A stretch of 64,000 bases of DNA from Dehalococcoidia bacterium (lineage in GTDB: Bacteria; Chloroflexota; Dehalococcoidia; Lucifugimonadales; UBA3495), in NCBI GenBank assembly GCA_965215975.1, contig OZ244136.1, forward strand, positions 2,000,178-2,064,177, in the 5' to 3' direction. The notes beneath the pieces were generated by a model. That model was not told the DNA's origin. It saw only the letters and a program-made list of their open reading frames with translations, and made no database searches. A program made the translations under genes and the position numbers. The first letter of the stretch is position 1, and every line of letters begins with the position of its first letter. Positions 36,834-47,855 of this stretch are shown here, piece by piece.

Positions 36834-38036
36834 TTGTCCACATCTGCTAGTAACAGTCCCGTCCCGGCCTACCTGGTTCTGGAGGACGGGTCGGTACACC
36901 GGGGCGAGTCCATGGGGGCTCTGGCTACAGGCCACGGCGAGGTGGTCTTCAATACGAGCATGACCGGCTACCAGGAGGTTTTGACCGATCCTTCCTATGC
37001 TGGTCAACTGGTTACCTTGACTTATCCTCTGGTGGGAAATTACGGTATCAATCCGCAGGATTTTGAGTCGGCGAAGATACGGGTGGCGGGCCTTATCGTC
37101 AGGGAACACTGTGACCGTCCCAGCCACGGCCAGAGCGACCGGACGCTGGACGAATACCTCAAGGCGCAGAACATCCCTGGCATCTGCGGGGTGGACACCC
37201 GGGCCATTACCAGGCGACTACGACAACATGGCGTGATGATGGGTCTGTTGACTACCGAATCTCCTGAAGCGGCTGTAGCTCAGTTGGCCGAAATGCCCCG
37301 GTACGATGACCAGGACCTTGTGAGGACAGTTACCACAGAAGCCCAGTACCGATGGGACGGGGAACCAGTGACTTTGGAAGCTCTTCCATTGACTGCGTCT
37401 GGAAATATTTCTCGGCCAACCCTAGTCGTAGGGTCTCCAGGTGAAAATAGCGGTGAAACGCAAGAACCTCGCCCCCGCATCCTCGTAACCGATGTGGGGG
37501 TGAAGTACAACATCCTGCGGTTGCTGCAGGAGCGTGGCTGCGAAGTCATCGCCATGCCAGCGGCTACCTCCGCCGAAGATATGCTCGCAATGAATCCGTC
37601 AGGAATCCTGCTGTCCCCCGGGCCCGGCGACCCACAGTTGCTGGACTACGTGGTAGACAACGTGCGGCAGGTACTGGGCCGCGTGCCGGTGATGGGCATC
37701 TGTTTGGGGCACCAGTTGGTGGCCCGGGCCCTGGGGGGCCAGACCTACAAGCTGCCCTTCGGCCACCGGGGCGGCAACCATCCGGTTCAGGATATGTCAT
37801 CTGGTCGGGTGTATATAACCGCCCAGAATCACGGATTTGCGGTAGACCCGGACACCTTGCCCGCGGGTCTGGAGGTGTCCCACATAAATCTGAACGACGG
37901 TACCGTCGAGGGTACCCGCCACCGGGATATGCCTCTGTTCACGATTCAATACCATTCAGAGGCGTCGCCCGGCCCTAGGGACAACGAGTATATTTTCGAC
38001 CAGTTCCTGGGAATGGTTAAGGAGTTCAACCACTAG
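36834..38036 (+). CDS. carA: Carbamoyl-phosphate synthase small (glutaminase) subunit
   Basis: N-terminal CPSase domain and GATase triad region GICLGHQL...HGFAV. The inter-domain linker is longer than usual. Confidence 0.9.
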   Translation: MSTSASNSPVPAYLVLEDGSVHRGESMGALATGHGEVVFNTSMTGYQEVLTDPSYAGQLVTLTYPLVGNYGINPQDFESAKIRVAGLIVREHCDRPSHGQSDRTLDEYLKAQNIPGICGVDTRAITRRLRQHGVMMGLLTTESPEAAVAQLAEMPRYDDQDLVRTVTTEAQYRWDGEPVTLEALPLTASGNISRPTLVVGSPGENSGETQEPRPRILVTDVGVKYNILRLLQERGCEVIAMPAATSAEDMLAMNPSGILLSPGPGDPQLLDYVVDNVRQVLGRVPVMGICLGHQLVARALGGQTYKLPFGHRGGNHPVQDMSSGRVYITAQNHGFAVDPDTLPAGLEVSHINLNDGTVEGTRHRDMPLFTIQYHSEASPGPRDNEYIFDQFLGMVKEFNH

Positions 38037-38159
38037 CCTGTGTGTGGAGGTGTGGCAAAGGGGTTTGCTCTGGCGCCGATGTCATCCGCAAATAGACGCG
38101 GAGTTTCCGGTGGCCAGGCTGGTTAGTCCAATTCCTGAACGCACTATTTGGAGGGTATT

Positions 38160-38579
38160 ATGTCCACATTCTCAATGGTATTGGTGGAGGAAGGCGTAGA
38201 AGCGGATCTTCCCATTAATCTGTCTAACATGCTCGGACTGCTGGACCAGATCGTGCCCAACATCGAGCACAACAACTTTGGTTACCAGTTGGCCTCGGTG
38301 AGCCGGGCCAACCTGAGAAGCCGCTGGGAGTTGAACGTCAAGCTGGTTGACCTGCGCAACAACAAGGTGTACGAAGAGCCGGTGGGCTGTATCGAGGTCC
38401 AGAAGACGGGCGACGATACGGTCAATTTCCGGGTTCCGCCTCGTGCGGAGCAGGACTTCCCCGGCATGGCCAAGCTGGACTTCGACGGCGTCTACTACGG
38501 CTCTTTTTGCTGCCAGATGATCAACTCCTTGTATGACCGGGGGTTAATGCAGCTGCCGGGCAGGCTGCCGACCTTTTAG
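38160..38579 (+). CDS. Hypothetical protein (139 aa) inserted between carA and carB
   Basis: ATG at 38160 preceded by GGAGGG, with good GC3 codon usage. No motif recognised. Confidence 0.55.
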   Translation: MSTFSMVLVEEGVEADLPINLSNMLGLLDQIVPNIEHNNFGYQLASVSRANLRSRWELNVKLVDLRNNKVYEEPVGCIEVQKTGDDTVNFRVPPRAEQDFPGMAKLDFDGVYYGSFCCQMINSLYDRGLMQLPGRLPTF

Positions 38580-38589
38580 AAAAACTGGA

Positions 38590-38620
38590 AAGGGCACCTC
38601 TCGTAGGTGCCCTTATTGTG
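38590..38620 (+). terminator. Hairpin after the inserted orf
   Basis: AAGGGCACCT-CTCGT-AGGTGCCCTT perfect 10-bp stem, followed by ATTGTG (poor T-tract). Confidence 0.4.
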
Positions 38621-38830
38621 GGAAGGGTCCTTTAGGTGGTGGTGCGGAGGGCGGTCAACAGAGCTGCGCCTGCCAAGGTGTCCGGGGACAATGCGGCACC
38701 TGGTGGGAATAAAAGACTGTAGGGACGCCCCTTGTGGGTGCCCTGATGCAGTGAGCAAAGCTACGGCAAGACCTGCTGAGGTTCCTGCCTGCGCAGGTAC
38801 GAAGGAATTCATGGAGGACATTAGGCTAAC

Positions 38831-41800
38831 TTGAGCAACGCAACACCGCCACTGGAAAAAGTACTGGTTATTGGCTCCGGCCCCATCGTCATCGGCCAGG
38901 CCGCCGAGTTTGACTACGCGGGAACCCAAGCCTGCAAGGCCTTGCGGGAAGAGGGCGTGTCCGTCGTGCTGGTCAACTCCAACCCCGCCACCATCATGAC
39001 CGACACGGACATTGCCGACCACGTCTACATCGAACCCCTGACCGTTGAGGTCATTGAGCGTATCATCGCCAAGGAGCGACCCCAGGGCATCCTTCCTACC
39101 CTGGGCGGCCAGACGGGCCTGAACATGGCCGTGGCCCTGTCCGACGCCGGCGTGCTGGACCGGTACAACGTGCGGCTGCTTGGCACTCCGTTGGAGACCA
39201 TCCGCAAGGCCGAAGACCGTGAATTCTTCCGCAACTTCCTGCATGACATCGGCGAACCGGAACCGCCCAACCGTACCGTAAACTCGATGGAAGAGGCGTT
39301 GGCCTACCGCGAAGAGATGGGGTTGCCCCTGGTGGTCCGTCCCGCCTACACCCTGGGCGGCACTGGCGGCGGAATCGCCAATACCCAGGGAGAGTTTGAG
39401 GCGACAGTAGCCAGCGGCCTGGCCTCCAGCCCCATTTCCCAGGTGCTCCTTGAACGCTCCCTGGTCGGCTGGAAGGAGATCGAGTACGAGGTTATCCGGG
39501 ACGGGGACGACAACTGCATTACCGTCTGCAACATGGAGAATCTCGACCCCATGGGCGCGCACACTGGCGACAGCATTGTGGTCGCGCCCAGCCAGACCCT
39601 GACCGACAAGGAATACCAGATGCTGCGCTCCGCCAGCCTCAAGATTATCCGGGGCCTGGGCATTGAGGGCGGCTGCAACATCCAGATGGCCCTGCGTCCT
39701 CATCCGGACGTGGAAGCGGCCATCCAGTCTCACTGGGAGCCGGACTCTCCCTACTACGTTATTGAAGTCAACCCTCGGGTAAGCCGCAGCTCAGCTCTGG
39801 CCAGCAAGGCCACCGGCTACCCCATCGCCCGGGTTTCCGCCAAGATCGCCGTGGGCAAGCGGCTGCACGAGATTCCCAACGCCGTTACCGGCAAGACCGG
39901 CGCGGCCTTTGAGCCGGCCCTGGACTACTGCGTGGTCAAGATTCCCCGTTGGCCCTTTGACAAGTTCCCCAACGGCGACCGCCAGATTACAACGCAGATG
40001 AAGGCCACCGGCGAGGTGATGGCCATCGACCGCTCCTTTGAGGCGGCGCTGCAAAAGGCCATTCGCTCGCTGGAAATCGGCAACCGGACCCTCCTCTGGG
40101 AAGGCATGGCAACCGATGGCCACGGGGAAGGCCCGGACACCAGAAATTTGATGGAGCCCAACGACCTGCGCCTGTGGGCGTTGATGGCTGCCCTGCGCCG
40201 CAACACCCCACCGGAAGAGTTGATGGGCAAGACCTTCATTGACCCCTGGTTCATCAGTGCCATGCAGCGCATCGTCAACATGGAACGCCGTCTGCTGGGC
40301 GAAACTTTGACTCCCGACCTCCTGTACCGGGCCAAGCGGCTGGGCTTTTCCGACCGCCAGGTGGGTACCCTGGCCGATATGCTTCCGGAGCAGGTGCGGA
40401 ACCTCCGGCACGACTGGAACCTCCGCCCGGTATACAAGATGGTGGATACCTGCGCTGCCGAGTTCGAGGCCGTCACCCCCTACTACTACAGCACCTACGA
40501 AGAGGAGAACGAGGCCCTGCCCTTGCCAGGGGAAAAGGCCATAGTCATCGGCAGCGGCCCCATCCGCATCGGCCAGGGCATCGAGTTTGACTACTGCAGC
40601 GTCCACGCCGCTTGGGCGTTGTCCCAGGCCGGCGTCTCCAGCGTAATGATCAACTCCAACCCGGAAACGGTGTCCACCGACTTCGACACCAGCGACCGGC
40701 TCTACTTCGAGCCCCTAGACGAGGAGGCGGTGCGGGACATCATCGACAACGAGACGGTGGACGACGTGCCCCCGCCTTCCGTGGTCCAGTTCGGCGGGCA
40801 GACGGCCATCAACCTTTCCCAGGCCCTGGCCCGCGCCGGTCTGCCTATCCTGGGCTCCAGCGCCGATGCCATTGACGTGGCCTCCGACCGACAGAGGTTT
40901 GAGGAATTCTTGTCCCGGCTGGGCATCCCCCAACCGCCGGGAGCGTCGGTTACCTCGGTGTCGGAGGCCCTCCAGGTGGCCCAGAACATCGGCTACCCGG
41001 TGGTTGTGCGGCCCAGCTACGTGCTGGGCGGCCGAGCCATGGAGATTGTCCAGAACGCTTCCGAACTGGTTCGCTACCTTACCGTGGCAACCGAGGTAAC
41101 CCCGGAACGGCGGGTCCTGGTGGACCACTACATGGAAGGCAAGGAATGCGAGGTTGACGCCATCTGCGACGGCGAGCAGGTGCTGATTCCCGGCATTATG
41201 GAGCATATCGAGCGGGCCGGTGTCCACAGCGGTGACTCCATGGCCATCTACCCCGGCCTCAACCTCACCGAGCAGGAAGTGGACACCCTCGTCGAATATA
41301 CCACCCGCATCGGCCTGGCCATGGGCGTACGGGGCTTGATGAACATCCAGTTCGTCATCCAGGGCGGCGCCGCCTACCGTAGTCCCCATTCCCCTACCGA
41401 CGATACGGAGACGACCGTTTACATCATTGAGGTCAACCCCCGGGGCAGCCGCACCATTCCCTTTATATCCAAGGTTACCAGCGTGCCGGTCGCCCACATC
41501 GCCACCCGGGTCATGCTGGGCGAGACCCTGGCTGACATGGGCTATTCCGGCGGATTGTGGCCGCGGCAGAAATTGGTGGGCATCAAGGCCCCGGTCTTCT
41601 CCATGTCCAAGCTGGTGGGCGTAGACTCCTATTTGGGCCCGGAGATGAAGTCCACCGGCGAGGTTATGGGTATTGACCGCGACTTCCCCAGCGCCCTGTC
41701 CAAGGCCCTGTTGGCGGCCAGCCTGAACCTTAAAAAGGGGGATGGCATACTCCTGAGCATCGCCGACCAGCACAAGGCCGAGTCGCTGGCGTTGATCCGC

Positions 41801-42148
41801 GAACTGCTGGAGGCAGACTGCAAGCTATACGCCACCGAGGGCACGGCAGCCATGATCCAGGCCACCGGCATGCCGGTAACCATGGTAACCAAGCTCCTGA
41901 CCGAGTCCTACCCCAACGTCGTGGACGTCATCAACGACGGCACGGTGAGCGCGGTGGTCAACACCCTGTCGGGCGACACATCCGTGATGCGGGATGGGTA
42001 CTACATCCGTCGGGCCGCGGTGGAACACCGCATACCCTGCTTCACCTCGCTCGACACGGCCCGGGCCGCTGTAGAAGCATTGCTGATGCAAGGCGGTGGC
42101 TACAGTGTCGAGCAGATAGACGCCTATTTGCGGCCTGTGGAGGGGTAG
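38831..42148 (+). CDS. carB: Carbamoyl-phosphate synthase large subunit
   Basis: 1105 aa with duplicated ATP-grasp halves ([21 protein letters not shown] / [20 protein letters not shown]) and an MGS-like C-terminus. TTG start. Confidence 0.95.
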   Translation: MSNATPPLEKVLVIGSGPIVIGQAAEFDYAGTQACKALREEGVSVVLVNSNPATIMTDTDIADHVYIEPLTVEVIERIIAKERPQGILPTLGGQTGLNMAVALSDAGVLDRYNVRLLGTPLETIRKAEDREFFRNFLHDIGEPEPPNRTVNSMEEALAYREEMGLPLVVRPAYTLGGTGGGIANTQGEFEATVASGLASSPISQVLLERSLVGWKEIEYEVIRDGDDNCITVCNMENLDPMGAHTGDSIVVAPSQTLTDKEYQMLRSASLKIIRGLGIEGGCNIQMALRPHPDVEAAIQSHWEPDSPYYVIEVNPRVSRSSALASKATGYPIARVSAKIAVGKRLHEIPNAVTGKTGAAFEPALDYCVVKIPRWPFDKFPNGDRQITTQMKATGEVMAIDRSFEAALQKAIRSLEIGNRTLLWEGMATDGHGEGPDTRNLMEPNDLRLWALMAALRRNTPPEELMGKTFIDPWFISAMQRIVNMERRLLGETLTPDLLYRAKRLGFSDRQVGTLADMLPEQVRNLRHDWNLRPVYKMVDTCAAEFEAVTPYYYSTYEEENEALPLPGEKAIVIGSGPIRIGQGIEFDYCSVHAAWALSQAGVSSVMINSNPETVSTDFDTSDRLYFEPLDEEAVRDIIDNETVDDVPPPSVVQFGGQTAINLSQALARAGLPILGSSADAIDVASDRQRFEEFLSRLGIPQPPGASVTSVSEALQVAQNIGYPVVVRPSYVLGGRAMEIVQNASELVRYLTVATEVTPERRVLVDHYMEGKECEVDAICDGEQVLIPGIMEHIERAGVHSGDSMAIYPGLNLTEQEVDTLVEYTTRIGLAMGVRGLMNIQFVIQGGAAYRSPHSPTDDTETTVYIIEVNPRGSRTIPFISKVTSVPVAHIATRVMLGETLADMGYSGGLWPRQKLVGIKAPVFSMSKLVGVDSYLGPEMKSTGEVMGIDRDFPSALSKALLAASLNLKKGDGILLSIADQHKAESLALIRELLEADCKLYATEGTAAMIQATGMPVTMVTKLLTESYPNVVDVINDGTVSAVVNTLSGDTSVMRDGYYIRRAAVEHRIPCFTSLDTARAAVEALLMQGGGYSVEQIDAYLRPVEG

Positions 42149-42307
42149 GTGGGTCCGGCCTGAGCCCCGACCCCAAAAGGTGAACAGTTACGGACAGAAA
42201 GCGCCGGTAGACGAGCGCGGCCTGATAACGGACAATATCAAAGACGATCATCATTTCGCCAGCCAACCACTCGAAGAAGGGCCAGCAACGTGAGAGGAGA
42301 CGACTGT

Positions 42308-42547
42308 ATGATTGACTGGGAGAAGTGTCCAGCAGTCGAAAGCGTACCTGGAAGGCTCAGCGGAGCTTGGGTGTTCACCAGGACTCGGGTGCCGGTCTCA
42401 GCCCTGTTCGGGAACCTGGCCGCCGGAGCCACCATAGAAGAGTTCCTGGACTGGTTTGAAGGCGTGGAGAACTGGCAGGTAAACGCCGTACTGGAACACG
42501 TGGTCGAGGGCCTGGACGCCAAGATAAGGCATGAGAATCCTGTTTGA
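42308..42547 (+). CDS. DUF433-domain antitoxin-like protein
   Basis: ...PGRLSGAWVFTRTRVPVSALFGNLAAGATIEEFLDWF... typical DUF433 core. Confidence 0.75.
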   Translation: MIDWEKCPAVESVPGRLSGAWVFTRTRVPVSALFGNLAAGATIEEFLDWFEGVENWQVNAVLEHVVEGLDAKIRHENPV

Positions 42548-42848
42548 CCACAACATTCCAGGGCCCTTGCGCCGCTACCTTACGGAACACACTGTAGATA
42601 CCGCCAACGAGAAGGGCTGGGCCGAACTCAGAAATGGAGACTTGCTCAACAGCGCAGACACAGAAGGCTACGAAGTTGTGATAACCGCAGACCAGAGTTT
42701 GCGTTATCAGCAGAACATCTGCCATAGGCAAATCGCTGTCATAGTCATATTCTCCAACAGATGGCCTGATGTACGATTGAAGATTGAAGAGATCCGCTCT
42801 GCCCTGGAAGACCTGGACCCGGGTGAACTTCGGGAAGTCCCCATATAA
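42531..42848 (+). CDS. DUF5615/PIN-like (Mut7-C-like) toxin-type protein
   Basis: MRILFDHNIP...DLLNSADTEGYEVVITADQSL. Overlaps the DUF433 gene by 17 nt, the usual arrangement for this pair. Confidence 0.7.
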   Translation: MRILFDHNIPGPLRRYLTEHTVDTANEKGWAELRNGDLLNSADTEGYEVVITADQSLRYQQNICHRQIAVIVIFSNRWPDVRLKIEEIRSALEDLDPGELREVPI

Positions 42849-42905
42849 AGTTAGACCCGGTCAACAGATCTCTCGACCCTATCACCAACAAGGAGGTCAT
42901 TAACC

Positions 42906-43802
42906 ATGAGTTGGGATTTTGAACTGGTAGCGGGACCCTACGGCGGCACCACCGAAGGTGCGGTTTGGGACGGCGAGGCCGTCATCTTCTCCCACATACC
43001 CGCGAGTCGCCTGCTGCGGTATGACCCCAGGACTGGGGAGACCACCGAGTATTTCACCAACGTCAACCACGTCAATGGGCTCTGCTTCGACGTTTCCGGC
43101 AACCTGTTCGGCTGCCAGCAGGGCGGGCGGCGCATTGTCCGGTTCGAAAAGGACGGCCAGACCATAACCTCGCTGCCTCACATGCTGGACGGAAAGCGGC
43201 ACAATAACCCCAACGACCTGGTGGTGGACCGGTCGGGCCGCATCTGGTTTACCGACCCCTACAGCGGCATCGGCGACAGCGGTCCCCAGGAACTGGACCA
43301 CATGTCGGTCCTGCGGCTGGATCCCACGGGCGACGGCGACTACGAACTGTCGCGGGTAACCACTGACATCAGCCGGCCCAACGGCGTCATTATCTCCCGC
43401 GACCAGAAAACCCTGTACGTAGCCCAGAGCGACTACGGGCTGGATCGGCTTCGGGAACTGCGGGCCTATCCCATCAACGACGACGGGTCACTGGGCCAGT
43501 ACGAGACCCTGCACACCTTCGGCGTTGACCATCGTGGCGCCCAGCGCGGCGTGGACGGCATGACTCTAGACACCGACGGCAACATCATCGCCTGCGCCGG
43601 CTGGGAAAGTGGCGGCCCCGGCCCCATGATCTACGTCTTCTCTCCCGAAGGCCGGGTGCTGGAAACTCACCCCATTCGCGCCGAGCGGGCCACCAATTGC
43701 TGCTTCGGAGACGCCGACATGAAAACCCTCTACGTAACCACTGGCGGCGGCCACCTCTTCCGCGCTAGGACGGACCACACCGGCTGGATAATGTGGCCGT
43801 AA
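42906..43802 (+). CDS. SMP-30/gluconolactonase/LRE-family beta-propeller protein
   Basis: Repeated ...NDLVVDRSGRIWFTDP..., ...PNGVIISRDQKTLYVA..., ...DGMTLDTDGNI..., ...TNCCFGDADMKTLYVTT. Confidence 0.85.
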   Translation: MSWDFELVAGPYGGTTEGAVWDGEAVIFSHIPASRLLRYDPRTGETTEYFTNVNHVNGLCFDVSGNLFGCQQGGRRIVRFEKDGQTITSLPHMLDGKRHNNPNDLVVDRSGRIWFTDPYSGIGDSGPQELDHMSVLRLDPTGDGDYELSRVTTDISRPNGVIISRDQKTLYVAQSDYGLDRLRELRAYPINDDGSLGQYETLHTFGVDHRGAQRGVDGMTLDTDGNIIACAGWESGGPGPMIYVFSPEGRVLETHPIRAERATNCCFGDADMKTLYVTTGGGHLFRARTDHTGWIMWP

Positions 43803-43829
43803 AGGGACTTCTGTATTTGCGAAGTCTAT

Positions 43830-43866
43830 GAAACGGGAAGCCACGCTCTCTGTGGCTTCCCGTTTC
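43830..43866. terminator. Strong bidirectional hairpin terminator
   Basis: Perfect 15-bp stem GAAACGGGAAGCCAC / GTGGCTTCCCGTTTC with a 7-nt loop, between convergent genes. Confidence 0.6.
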
Positions 43867-43999
43867 ACTCTGTTGGGTATCTTGCCGATTCCCTGATTCT
43901 TCAAGACTTCGCCAATGGGGGAAGAGATCCTGATCAATGCCATAGTTCATACGCAGAACGTGGTTGTTCCAGTCTTGAAAAGCCTATGTGAGAACTTTA

Positions 44000-44731
44000 C
44001 TAAAGGGCAAAATTCTTGCCAACTCTCGAGGCATGCCTGCTAACTCTTCCAGTTCCTTTTTTCTGCCAGTCTTCTAGCAATTGTCGGTAGCTGCATGAAA
44101 GGAATTTAACCTCGTCACCCTCTACAGTCGCGGCAAAACCTGCAATTTCCTGACGGTGACGTTGAATAGCTGCTTCTGACAATGGTAAGCCAGTTGTGGG
44201 CCAAGATTCCGGCTCGGCATATACGTAGAGGAGTACAGGATTGAGTCCGTGATTCTCTCCTAGTTTGTTGACTTGTGTACGTAGAGCGAAAGCGTGTTTG
44301 AAAAGCTGAGCGGTGTCTAAGGAATAAATGCCGCCTCTGTTGGCACCCACTTCATCCCTTACCTGTTCAAAGCCTCTCATTCGGTCACCCCAGCACTGAC
44401 GCCAATAAGCGTTGGGAAGGGATTTGACACGGTTTCTCCTGAAAGGCTCAAAACGCTTGCACTCAATGCCAATTAGGGCCGAGGGAGTGGTAACCAGCAC
44501 ATCAAGAACGGTATGGCGTCCGCCTCTCCAGGGAAGCCTCACCGTCTGCTCAAGAGCAACAGAAATTGCGGGCCATTCTTCGTCAGCGCACCCAGGTAGT
44601 GGCGGCAGGTCGATTGCAGAGTTAAAGAAAAACCCGAACACATTTGCTGCCAGATTGGCCGAGGACTCTGGACTATCGAATTTACCGGAGGAAATCTCAT
44701 TGCCCTTGGCATTTCGGTAAGCTGTTTCCAC
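44000..44731 (-). CDS. Orphan PD-(D/E)xK-nuclease-like protein
   Basis: 243-aa ORF in a low-GC islet. Candidate catalytic motif ...VLDVLVTTPSALIGIECKRFEPF (D...ExK). No adjacent methyltransferase. Confidence 0.5.
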   Translation of the reverse strand: METAYRNAKGNEISSGKFDSPESSANLAANVFGFFFNSAIDLPPLPGCADEEWPAISVALEQTVRLPWRGGRHTVLDVLVTTPSALIGIECKRFEPFRRNRVKSLPNAYWRQCWGDRMRGFEQVRDEVGANRGGIYSLDTAQLFKHAFALRTQVNKLGENHGLNPVLLYVYAEPESWPTTGLPLSEAAIQRHRQEIAGFAATVEGDEVKFLSCSYRQLLEDWQKKGTGRVSRHASRVGKNFAL

Positions 44732-44820
44732 TTGTTCTGATGGGATTCAAGACAAGAAGCGGCCAACCATTGCAAGCTCCTGAATAGCCGCTTGCACTTA
44801 ATTCGTAGCATAGCTTTTTG

Positions 44821-45774
44821 CTACCACTCCATGTCCATCCCCAAACCCTTCTCCTTGGCGTTGTCGTGGGCCAGCTTGGCGGCGGCCACGTCGGCGACCC
44901 CCGTGCCCATCAGCTTGGCGTAGATGATCTGGTCGGCGCTGTCCCTGCCGCTGACCGTGCCCGCCACCGCATGGCGTAACTCTAGCAGCTGGCTCCATTG
45001 CAAAATCCCCCGGTCCACGGCTCCGGCCAGGTCCCCCACCTCGATGGGCGCCTGTTCCGGCGAGTCCACAAAAATCTTGGCGGCGCGGGCAAAGGTGGCG
45101 TCGTCCACCTCGCGGGCCCGCCAGGTGGTCGGTCCGGCCCCTATCACCGTGGCCCCGGGAGACAGCCAATCCCCTTGCAGCACTGGGTCCAGCACGGCGG
45201 CGATGCAGATGACAATATCGCTGCCCGAGACGGCTTCCTCGGCACTGTCCACCGAGTCCACCTCGACGCCCAAAGAGTTGGTCATGCCCTGTGCGAAGGC
45301 GTTGCGGCGTTCCTGAGTGCGGCTGTAGGCCTTGACCTTCTTAAGGTTGCGCACCTTGCTGACCGCCTCCAGCTGGGTGGGTGCCTGGTAGCCGGTGCCA
45401 ATGATGCCTACGGTGGCGGCATCAGGGTTGGAGAGGTGCTTGACCGCGACGCCGGTGGTGGCCCCGGTTCGCAGTTGGCCCAGCCGGTTGGCCTGCGTGT
45501 AGCACATCAACTCGCCGGTGTCGGCGTTGTAGATGCTGACCTGGAAGGAGTACTTGCCTTGCACTACGGTGTAGGTCTTGACGCCGAGAATGCCGTCGTA
45601 GAAGAGACCGCCGCCCATGACCGACAGCATCCCGCCCGGCGCGATGATCTTGCGCCGGCCCAGGTTCATCACCTCGCCGTGACCGTAGTGCCGCTGCATA
45701 TCTTCTATAGCGACCAGCATTTCGTCCATGCCTACCGCCTGGTTTACCTCTTCATCCCGCAGAAACAGGGCCAT
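44821..45774 (-). CDS. Ornithine cyclodeaminase / mu-crystallin family protein
   Basis: Rossmann region VGIIGTGYQAPTQLEA and the overall OCD layout. Confidence 0.85.
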   Translation of the reverse strand: MALFLRDEEVNQAVGMDEMLVAIEDMQRHYGHGEVMNLGRRKIIAPGGMLSVMGGGLFYDGILGVKTYTVVQGKYSFQVSIYNADTGELMCYTQANRLGQLRTGATTGVAVKHLSNPDAATVGIIGTGYQAPTQLEAVSKVRNLKKVKAYSRTQERRNAFAQGMTNSLGVEVDSVDSAEEAVSGSDIVICIAAVLDPVLQGDWLSPGATVIGAGPTTWRAREVDDATFARAAKIFVDSPEQAPIEVGDLAGAVDRGILQWSQLLELRHAVAGTVSGRDSADQIIYAKLMGTGVADVAAAKLAHDNAKEKGLGMDMEW

Positions 45775-45879
45775 AGTTGCCTACCTCTATTCTTCAAGTC
45801 TGAAATTAACCAGCATAGTTTACCCGCCTCAGCCGCGTCTGGCAAAATCCGTACTTCCTGAATACACTGGGCGGCAAAA

Positions 45880-45926
45880 AACCACGAAGTTCAAATCTCT
45901 TCGTGGTTCTTCGTGTTCCTTCGTGG
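45880..45926. repeat. CCACGAA/TTCGTGG-type intergenic element
   Basis: AACCACGAAG ... CTTCGTGGTT hairpin, followed by CTTCGTG and TTCCTTCGTGGAAAAAGG. Confidence 0.55.
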
Positions 45927-45953
45927 AAAAAGGACGGCGAGGAGAAACGAAAA

Positions 45954-47498
45954 TTAGTTGTCGCCGCCGCCAGGCTGGGCCGCCGGGGCCGCCCTTGGCG
46001 GGGCATTGCTAGCTGTGGGGGTGCGCTGGAACATGGCCACTATGCCGCCCGAAATCATAATCCAGACCACGGCGAGAGCAGAAATCTGGAACCCGCTCAG
46101 GTAGTGGGTCTGAGCTTCCGCCGAGGGCATCAGGTCAATGGCCACGGGCAGCGCCAGTCCCAGCACCGTGGCGCTGACGGTGGTGCCTATCGAGTGGCCC
46201 ATTTGGCGGGTGGTCTCCAGCATACCCGAGGCAAAGCTGCGGTTCTCGGGCAGCGAGTTCATCACCGTTGCATTGTTGGGCGAGTTGAACATGTTGGACC
46301 CCACCGCAATAGGCAACAACAGCACGGGCAACCAGTAAATGGGTATGTTGTCGGCAAAAAAGCCGGCCAGCAGGAAGCCTGACGCGATAAGCATCAGGGA
46401 GCCTGGCCGCAGCCAGCGGGGGTTGTGCCGGTCATGGATCCAGCCGCCCAGGGTGGGCAGGAACAGACCCAAAACCTGGTTGGGCAGCAGGACAAAGGCT
46501 ACCATTATTGGAGCCTGGCCCAGTCCGTTTTCCACCAGTATCGGTATCAGCGTGGTAACCGCCAGCATGGACAGGTGGAAACAAGTGTTGGTGAACAGGG
46601 CCATTGAGAAGTACTTCTGTTTGAAGTACCCGAAATCAACAAAGGGATCGTTGCTGCGCTGCTGGATGATTATAAACAGTATCAGGCAGGCAAAGAACAG
46701 CAGGTGCATCGGAATGTGATAGCTGAGGGCGTCGGGAGTGGTGAATGACTCGGCCCCGTCGTGCATGTGCAGGCCCGACAGGATGAAGGTTCCCAGGGTA
46801 GCAACCATCAGGATGGCGCCAACATAGTTGATGGAGACCTGCTTCATATCCTCGGTCGCCTGCTGGGCGTGGTACTTCAGCAGGGGGAGGCTGCAATAGA
46901 TGGCCAGCAACCCGATAGGCAGGGAAGAGATGAAGACCAATCTCCAGCCCCATTGCAGACTGAAGAATTGCAGGAACAGGCCAAACATACCCAGCCCGAT
47001 CAGGGTTCCGAAACGCGCGGCCACCACCGGCACTGCAAAGGCGCGGCCCCGCTCCTCCGCCGGGAATACCATGGCCAGAATGGCGTTGGAGTTGGCGGTA
47101 ACCATGGCACCGCCGATGCCCACCAGTCCGCTCCAGAGAATTAACTGGGTCGTGGAAAATGAGGTGGCTGCCATCACGCTGGCACCAGACAGGACGATGG
47201 CGCCGACGAAGTAAACCCTGGCATGCCCGTATCTCTGGCCCAACCGGGCGGCGAGGAACACGGTACAGCCCAGCATCAGCAGCCGGATGACAACCATCCA
47301 GGCAGCCTCGGCAACGTTTACCTCAAAGTGGCGCGCTACTGAAGGAATGACCAAGGCAACGGGCATGCTGGCCAACTGCACCAGCAGTTGCGTGGCCGCC
47401 AGACCTATCATGGTCTCTTTGCGCTGGCGGTCGGTGCCCAGTTCCTTGAAATTGCCGATTACGTTCAGTCGGCGAACAATCAGAAAGAGAAGATCCAA
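45954..47498 (-). CDS. MFS transporter, 14-TMS DHA2/EmrB-like
   Basis: About 14 hydrophobic helices and MFS loop motifs. The true start may be the internal ATG at 47411. Confidence 0.8.
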   Translation of the reverse strand: MDLLFLIVRRLNVIGNFKELGTDRQRKETMIGLAATQLLVQLASMPVALVIPSVARHFEVNVAEAAWMVVIRLLMLGCTVFLAARLGQRYGHARVYFVGAIVLSGASVMAATSFSTTQLILWSGLVGIGGAMVTANSNAILAMVFPAEERGRAFAVPVVAARFGTLIGLGMFGLFLQFFSLQWGWRLVFISSLPIGLLAIYCSLPLLKYHAQQATEDMKQVSINYVGAILMVATLGTFILSGLHMHDGAESFTTPDALSYHIPMHLLFFACLILFIIIQQRSNDPFVDFGYFKQKYFSMALFTNTCFHLSMLAVTTLIPILVENGLGQAPIMVAFVLLPNQVLGLFLPTLGGWIHDRHNPRWLRPGSLMLIASGFLLAGFFADNIPIYWLPVLLLPIAVGSNMFNSPNNATVMNSLPENRSFASGMLETTRQMGHSIGTTVSATVLGLALPVAIDLMPSAEAQTHYLSGFQISALAVVWIMISGGIVAMFQRTPTASNAPPRAAPAAQPGGGDN

Positions 47499-47612
47499 GC
47501 TGTTTCCCTTGTGCTGTCGTAGCGGATTGCCGTTGCCGTGGTAGTCCCTGGTAGTTCAGCAGCTTAATGCTGCGGATTTGCAACGGCCCTGCCGGCCCGA
47601 GCCGGCTCGGGG

Positions 47613-47855
47613 TTACTTGCGGAAGAAGACCCGGTTTTTCTGGACGTATTCCCGCATGGTGGCGGGTACCGTAAATTCGTCGAAGATAGCGTTTACCGGG
47701 CACGCCGATTCGCAGTAGGCGCAGTCAATGCAGTCATCTGGATTGATGAAATACATTTCCGCTGCGTCGTCGGTGTGGATGCAGTCCACTGGGCACACCT
47801 CAACACAGGAAGCATCTTTGACCCCGATACAGGGTTCAGTAATAACAAAAGCCAT
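47613..47855 (-). CDS. Ferredoxin (two Fe-S cluster motifs)
   Basis: CIGVKDASCVEVCP and CIDCAYCESACP motifs in an 80-aa protein. Confidence 0.9.
   Translation of the reverse strand: MAFVITEPCIGVKDASCVEVCPVDCIHTDDAAEMYFINPDDCIDCAYCESACPVNAIFDEFTVPATMREYVQKNRVFFRK

Noticed and set aside
38576-41773. Long minus-strand ORFs (385, 271 and 352 aa) inside carB
   Set aside because: They are antisense shadows of an unambiguous 1105-aa carB. Their composition is biased (G/A/H/R-rich) and shows no motifs.
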